A stretch of 24,147 bases of DNA from Chrysochromulina tobinii (Eukaryota). Below the pieces are notes generated by a model, which was not told the origin of the DNA, did no database searches, and worked only from the letters and a program-made list of their open reading frames with translations. Positions 19,590-24,147 of this stretch are shown here, piece by piece; the first letter of the stretch is position 1, and the number at the start of each line of letters is the position of its first letter. The translations under genes were made by a program, and so were the position numbers. Location of the stretch: positions 62,001 to 86,147 of the forward strand of contig JWZX01003412.1 in assembly GCA_001275005.1 (NCBI GenBank). The letters run 5' to 3'.

Positions 19590-20717
19590 ATGCTTTCTGG
19601 CATCATCGCTTTGCTCCTCGCTGCTTCTCAGCCTAGCGTCGGATTTCTCGATTCGAGCCGGGATTTAGATGGCCACGCGCAGGTCCTCGTCGTCGTCTCC
19701 GACCACGGAACCGGCTCATCGAACTTCGGGCACTCGATGAAAAGGCACCCGTGCGTGTTTGACATCGGCGAGCCGTTCGGTGGAGAATACATGTTGTGGA
19801 CATCGGCAAAGGTCCCCGAGTGCGGTACCAAGAGGCACGTTCTCGCAGAAGGCATGTTCGATGCCGACTCTGGCAGACTCGAGCACGCGGACAACCCGAA
19901 GATGACGATGAAGCTCAAGAATGTGCTCGAGGGCATCACACCGTCAAAGCGCGGAGACGAAAACCTTGACTCTCGCTCGCTGTACAAAGATCTCAAGTAC
20001 AACATGGGCGACTACTTTGCCCGCGTCCGCGATCTCGTCTGTGCTGCAGTGCCCGATAATCTCTGCCCAACCTTGGACTGCGCAATCACGCTCAAGCTGT
20101 TCCCGCAGTTTGTTGACGGTATCACTATCGGACAGCGCACGAAGGACGATGTGCCGGATGAATGCGACCGAGCTCAGAACGAGAAGGCGATGAAGGCGTG
20201 GAAGGACGCCCTCGTCTCGCTCCAGCAGAACCCGAAGATCGCGACGGTGTCTCTCATGCGTGATGAGGTTGACAGGCAATTTTCACAGTTCCACCGGTTT
20301 GCTGAGGAAGGCTCAGAGTTTGACTGCACCATCGCGCGCGCCCCCACAACGTTCGCAACCGTGTCGAAAAACTATACCAACCTCCAGATTGAGGTAGAGG
20401 ACTGCTGGAGAGGTCCTAAAGCTGCCACCAAGTGCCTCGACGACGCCATAAAGCTGTTAGGCCTCTCCTCGACGAAGGAGATGACACAGTACATGACGGG
20501 CGCATTAGCTGATCGGGCCGCGCAAGGGAAACTGGCGAGCAAGAGCTGCTCCACCGATCCACTCGGCTACTTCAAGAAAGGGCTGAATGATGACGCGCAA
20601 CTTTTCGATGCGGACTTTAACGACTTGGACGCGGATCCTGGTGCGGCACAGGTGTTGACATCGAAGCACAACCGAAGCGAGGGCGGCACCTCAGGAGGCA
20701 CAGACGACGAACGATGA
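19590..20717 (+). CDS. Secreted/lumenal sulfotransferase-like P-loop protein (Stf0-like), 375 aa
   Basis: Signal peptide MLSGIIALLLAA. VVVSDHGTGSSNFGHSMKRHPCVFDIGEPF resembles the 5'-PSB strand-loop-helix plus HP..GE.F; also LKLFPQF and a 3'-PB-like SLMRDEVDRQFS. Confidence 0.6.
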   Translation: MLSGIIALLLAASQPSVGFLDSSRDLDGHAQVLVVVSDHGTGSSNFGHSMKRHPCVFDIGEPFGGEYMLWTSAKVPECGTKRHVLAEGMFDADSGRLEHADNPKMTMKLKNVLEGITPSKRGDENLDSRSLYKDLKYNMGDYFARVRDLVCAAVPDNLCPTLDCAITLKLFPQFVDGITIGQRTKDDVPDECDRAQNEKAMKAWKDALVSLQQNPKIATVSLMRDEVDRQFSQFHRFAEEGSEFDCTIARAPTTFATVSKNYTNLQIEVEDCWRGPKAATKCLDDAIKLLGLSSTKEMTQYMTGALADRAAQGKLASKSCSTDPLGYFKKGLNDDAQLFDADFNDLDADPGAAQVLTSKHNRSEGGTSGGTDDER

Positions 20718-20939
20718 CGTGGACGAACGAGAGAGAAGAGGAGTGGAGAGGATAGGGTGGCACGACAGGAGGCACGACAAACGATGAGACAAACGACGCG
20801 ACGACGACTCGACGAACGGGAACGACGAGACACTGCATGTGCGTAAAAAAACAACCGCTCTACCGGGTGTCGGTGTTACTGCGCAAGCGGAAGGTCGGAG
20901 TGATACGATAGTGATACGACCGCTGACAAAGATCCCTCA

Positions 20940-21290
20940 ACCAGTGAAGCCGGTGATCAAGCCGTCTCGGGTCGTGCCGCCACTAACTGCGGACCCGCGC
21001 TTGGCGAGAGGTACCGCGGTAAAAAGACACCGGGGGGAGCCGGGACACACACGGGACTCACGGGACACGCGGACGCACAAAGGCACACAGACCACACAGA
21101 CGAACCACAACCATCCAAACCCAGTTCCAACAACACACACCCAGCACGTCAGCGCGACGACCGAAGCCGCGGCCGACTCAACAGCCACAGGCCCGGAGCC
21201 GACCGCTCCCCGCGGCCGACTCAGAAGAGGCCGCCCCCAGCGAACCCGACCCTGCCTCCACCCGCTCCCAGAGCGCCTTTATACCGGTAC
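20940..21290. repeat. Putative dispersed repeat / retroelement terminal segment with internal micro-repeats
   Basis: Reiterated CGGGACAC/CGGGACTC, CACACAGAC x2, CCGCGGCCGACTCA x2 (21167, 21210), strong A/C strand skew and a stem-loop at 20958-21003. Single copy in this window. Confidence 0.4.
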
Positions 21291-21507
21291 ATGTACGACC
21301 ATTCCTTCTTTATCTGTCGCGTACTGACCAAGACGTAAGATTGTCCTTCAAACAGTTAAATTAATCACGAGCGGCCGAGGCAGCGCGTTCACGCGTCGTG
21401 TTACACCAAAAAGGCGCTTTCTTGAGCGCTCGTGGGAACGCTAGGACTGCCCCCCTCCGCACGTGCGACGTCGCCGCGAAGCCGTCCACGCCGCCGCCAC
21501 TCCGGTC

Positions 21508-24147
21508 ATGCCCTCCGCCCGGGCCTCTGGCGAGGGCAAGGACCTCAACCTCAAACTCGTCGACCGGAAAAGCGACAACGATGGCAAACGCTTCATCTTC
21601 CGGACGTTTGCGCAGCGCGTCGCCGCAGCCAACATCGACGTTTTCCATCGCCTCACCGCTGACCAGGCAGACGAGCGCGAGCTGCTGGGCGGCGACATTA
21701 CGGACGCGCCGCTCGCGATGTCGACCATGGAGCGCTGGACGGAGCTCAACTGCACGGGCGCATTCAAAGCGTTCAACAAGGAGCTCTCCCCGATGCTGCT
21801 GTCAGTGCCGCTCATGCTGCACCGGCGCGCGGAGCTCTTCAGCGCGCTGAACCGACACCTTGCGGCCGCGCCGAGCATGGCGCTCAAGCCGATGCTCGAG
21901 GTGACGTCAGCGATCGCGGCCGATCTCCGCCAAGAGTTCTACGCCGAGTTCCCGGCGCTGCTCGCCACGCTCGCGGCGCTGCTCTCTCCGAGCGACGTGC
22001 AGCTCCTCGAGGACGTCTTCTCGACGCTGTGCTACCTCTTCAAGTATTTGCTGCGCCAGCTGCTCGCGGACCTGCCGGCGGCGTTCGGCGCGTACCGGCC
22101 GCTGCTCGCGCACGAGCGTGCGCATGTGCGCGACTTTGCGGCCGAGTCCTTTTCCTTTCTGCTCCGTCGCCTCACTGCTTCCAAGCTGCCATCAGCCGTG
22201 GCGCATGCGATCTTGCCGCACGTGGGCGCACACGGCGCGGCGCTCGACCAGGGCATCGCGCAGCTCTTCTTCTACACGGTGCGCGGGCTGGGGCATGCGT
22301 TCCACTCGCGCGCGCCAATTGTCGTCAAGGCGCTCATCTTGCTTCTCCACCCGACGTTTGGGTCACTCGCGGCCGCGTCGGTCTCGGCCCCGCTGGCGCG
22401 TGGAGCGGCCGCCAAGGCCCTGGCGCGTGAGGCTGCGGCCAAGGCTCTCGCAGTGAGGGAGGGGGGGGGCGGCGACGAGGGTCCGCTGATGCCGGTCGTG
22501 GTGGAGGCGCTCCACTTGATGTCCGAGCACACGCGCCGGGCGCACGCGTCGGGCGTTTGGATTCCGTTGACCGAAGAGCTCAAGGGAGCGATTGAGGCAT
22601 GGCTGCGGCGGCTGCGGCGGCTGGCGGTGGCCGTCGAGCAGGTGGACGACGACGAGGAGGAGGGGGAGGAGGAGGAGGAGGAGGAGGGGGAGGCAGAGGA
22701 GGAGGCAGAGGAGGAGGAGGAGGAGGAAGGGGAAGAGGATGCCGTCCTCTTAATGACTGTGGAGCCAAACATGAGGTTGGCCAACGAAGACAAGGGCAAA
22801 GTGCACATGGGCGAGGCGGAAGACATAAAGGGCGAGGCCGAAGATGATCCGATGGGCACCGTGGCGAGCGAGCAGGAGGACGCTGCAGCAGCTGCCAAAG
22901 ACGCCCGCCGAGCCGCCCGATCGCGCCGACTAGCCACCCGGACCGAGCAGAGTGCATGCCACTTGCGCCGCATCCTGAGCCTAATTAGGCAATGGCTCGC
23001 CGAGCGGAACGGCACTCGAGTGCCCGAGGGCGGACGGCTCGCGCTGCTCGCGATGCTCGGGGAGTGCTTGCAGGCGACGCTCACCGCGACGCTCGAGGGC
23101 ACGCTCACCACGACGCTCGAGGGCATGCCCGCGGACGCGCCGACCGTCGCCGCCGCCGGGGCGGGGGCGGCGTCGAGCACGATGCACCCACACTCGTCGT
23201 CCGGTGCGTCCGGGGTGGTTGAGGACCTCTTGAAATCGATCGCGGCCACGCTGGTCGCCCCGGGCGCGCCCGTTGAGGAGGCATCGATCTTCACGCAATC
23301 GTCCGTCATCCTCAAGGCGATCTTTGTCGATGGCGACGCAAAGTCCTCCGGGAGGGGGCTGACGAAACCGGACGAGCGCGGGAGTGGGCTGACGAAACCG
23401 GACGAAGCCGCCATCAGCGACCTCAGCCTCTTGCAGTTCGGCATCTCGCTGCTCCCGTGGCGCCACTTTGAGATCCGCGTGCTCCAGCCGTTACTAGCGA
23501 CCTGCGACGCGCTCGCGAGCACGCAGCCGCAGAGCGTACTCGCCACCCTCTTCGCCCTCGTCCACTCGGACGCGAGCGCCGTCGCGAGCGCCGGCTTCAC
23601 GCTCAAGTTTGGCGCGCCCGCCGGCCCGTGCGCGCTCGCCTTGTGCCTCGCGCTCGAGACGGCGCTCGCGCCCATCACGGCGCGTGGCGGCGGTGGGACC
23701 ACGCTGAGCGCGACGGAGCGGCAGCGCCAGGCCTGGGCCGAAAGCGCTCACCACGGCGCGCACGCTCACCACGGCGCGAGCGCTCACCACGGCGCGCGCC
23801 AGGCCTGGGCCGCGCTCAAGGTGCTCGCGGCGACGCGCAGCCCGCAGCTCGGCTCGCTGCTCCCGCGCATTCTAACGGCGGTCCGCGCGCTGCTGGCGAC
23901 ACCCGCCGACGCCCTCGAGTGCAGCGCCGAGGCGGAGGGCGGCGCCCACGACGACGGCGCACTCTCGCCGGCCGGTCTGCTCCTTCACGCAGCGGCTCTC
24001 GAGGCGCTGACCTCGCTCACGGCCTCGGCCGAGGGGGCCTTCACAGCGCCGTCTTGGGCACCCACGGCCGAGGGGGCTGAGGGGGGCACAGCTGCAAACG
24101 CAGAGGTACCGTCGTCCGCGGCGGTGGGGGCGAAGCGCTCGAGAGCC
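21508..24147 (+). CDS. UTP20: U3 snoRNA-associated protein 20 (UTP20/DRIM) homolog, 5' part; open to the window end
   Basis: The frame from ATG 21508 gives KRFIFRTFAQRVAAANIDVFHR, MERWTELNCTGAF, SVPLMLHRRAELF, AIAADLRQEFY, LLEDVFSTLCYLFKYL and HVRDFAAESFSFLLRR (UTP20 N-terminus). No stop seen through 24147. Confidence 0.92.
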   Translation, partial: MPSARASGEGKDLNLKLVDRKSDNDGKRFIFRTFAQRVAAANIDVFHRLTADQADERELLGGDITDAPLAMSTMERWTELNCTGAFKAFNKELSPMLLSVPLMLHRRAELFSALNRHLAAAPSMALKPMLEVTSAIAADLRQEFYAEFPALLATLAALLSPSDVQLLEDVFSTLCYLFKYLLRQLLADLPAAFGAYRPLLAHERAHVRDFAAESFSFLLRRLTASKLPSAVAHAILPHVGAHGAALDQGIAQLFFYTVRGLGHAFHSRAPIVVKALILLLHPTFGSLAAASVSAPLARGAAAKALAREAAAKALAVREGGGGDEGPLMPVVVEALHLMSEHTRRAHASGVWIPLTEELKGAIEAWLRRLRRLAVAVEQVDDDEEEGEEEEEEEGEAEEEAEEEEEEEGEEDAVLLMTVEPNMRLANEDKGKVHMGEAEDIKGEAEDDPMGTVASEQEDAAAAAKDARRAARSRRLATRTEQSACHLRRILSLIRQWLAERNGTRVPEGGRLALLAMLGECLQATLTATLEGTLTTTLEGMPADAPTVAAAGAGAASSTMHPHSSSGASGVVEDLLKSIAATLVAPGAPVEEASIFTQSSVILKAIFVDGDAKSSGRGLTKPDERGSGLTKPDEAAISDLSLLQFGISLLPWRHFEIRVLQPLLATCDALASTQPQSVLATLFALVHSDASAVASAGFTLKFGAPAGPCALALCLALETALAPITARGGGGTTLSATERQRQAWAESAHHGAHAHHGASAHHGARQAWAALKVLAATRSPQLGSLLPRILTAVRALLATPADALECSAEAEGGAHDDGALSPAGLLLHAAALEALTSLTASAEGAFTAPSWAPTAEGAEGGTAANAEVPSSAAVGAKRSRA
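22645..22740 (+). repeat. GAG-rich poly-Glu/Asp coding tract inside UTP20
   Basis: (GAG)n runs encoding DDDEEEGEEEEEEEGEAEEEAEEEEEEEGEED. Confidence 0.9.
23724..23812 (+). repeat. 17-nt direct repeat enclosing three 18-nt tandem units; candidate GC-AG intron 23731-23802
   Basis: GCGCCAGGCCTGGGCCG at 23724-23740 and 23796-23812; CGCTCACCACGGCGCG at 23745, 23763, 23781. Confidence 0.85.

Noticed and set aside
20976..21020. Twister/HDV-like ribozyme
   Set aside because: The conserved catalytic-core nucleotides and pseudoknot pairings could not be placed.
23358..23408. CTGACGA...GAA as a hammerhead ribozyme core
   Set aside because: No stem II pairing and no correctly placed GAAA/UH; explained by a 30-nt coding duplication.
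22272..23702. 476-aa minus-strand ORF
   Set aside because: Antisense shadow of the GC-rich UTP20 frame; its poly-Ser mirrors the poly-Glu.

Overview
GC-rich, compact eukaryotic nuclear DNA. It has short spliceosomal introns of 67-92 nt, most with GTGCG donors, and IFT57 indicates a flagellated lineage. The overall style suggests a haptophyte-like alga (inference only). Conserved genes: 4-exon kish/TMEM167, MHS-type MFS transporter, dienelactone-hydrolase-family protein, 2-exon glucosamine-6-phosphate deaminase, IFT57, and the 5' part of UTP20 (absent from the ORF track because it runs off the window). A run of glycan/cell-surface genes is also present: a SAM-like + GT90 fusion, a 2-exon GT31 glycosyltransferase, an Asp-box beta-propeller, a frameshift-split DUF6473-like/extensin/ShKT protein and a secreted sulfotransferase-like protein. 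Intergenic DNA holds at least two miniature inverted-repeat element families: a 103-bp element with perfect 20-bp TIRs and a 9-bp TSD, and a CTTAAG-rich foldback element in two copies, two of these three insertions sitting within 20 bp of a start codon. Other signals are a candidate duplication-born GC-AG intron in UTP20 and a recurrent TTCACAC motif upstream of start codons. No CRISPR array, rRNA or tRNA was seen. Family assignments come from remembered motifs, not database searches.
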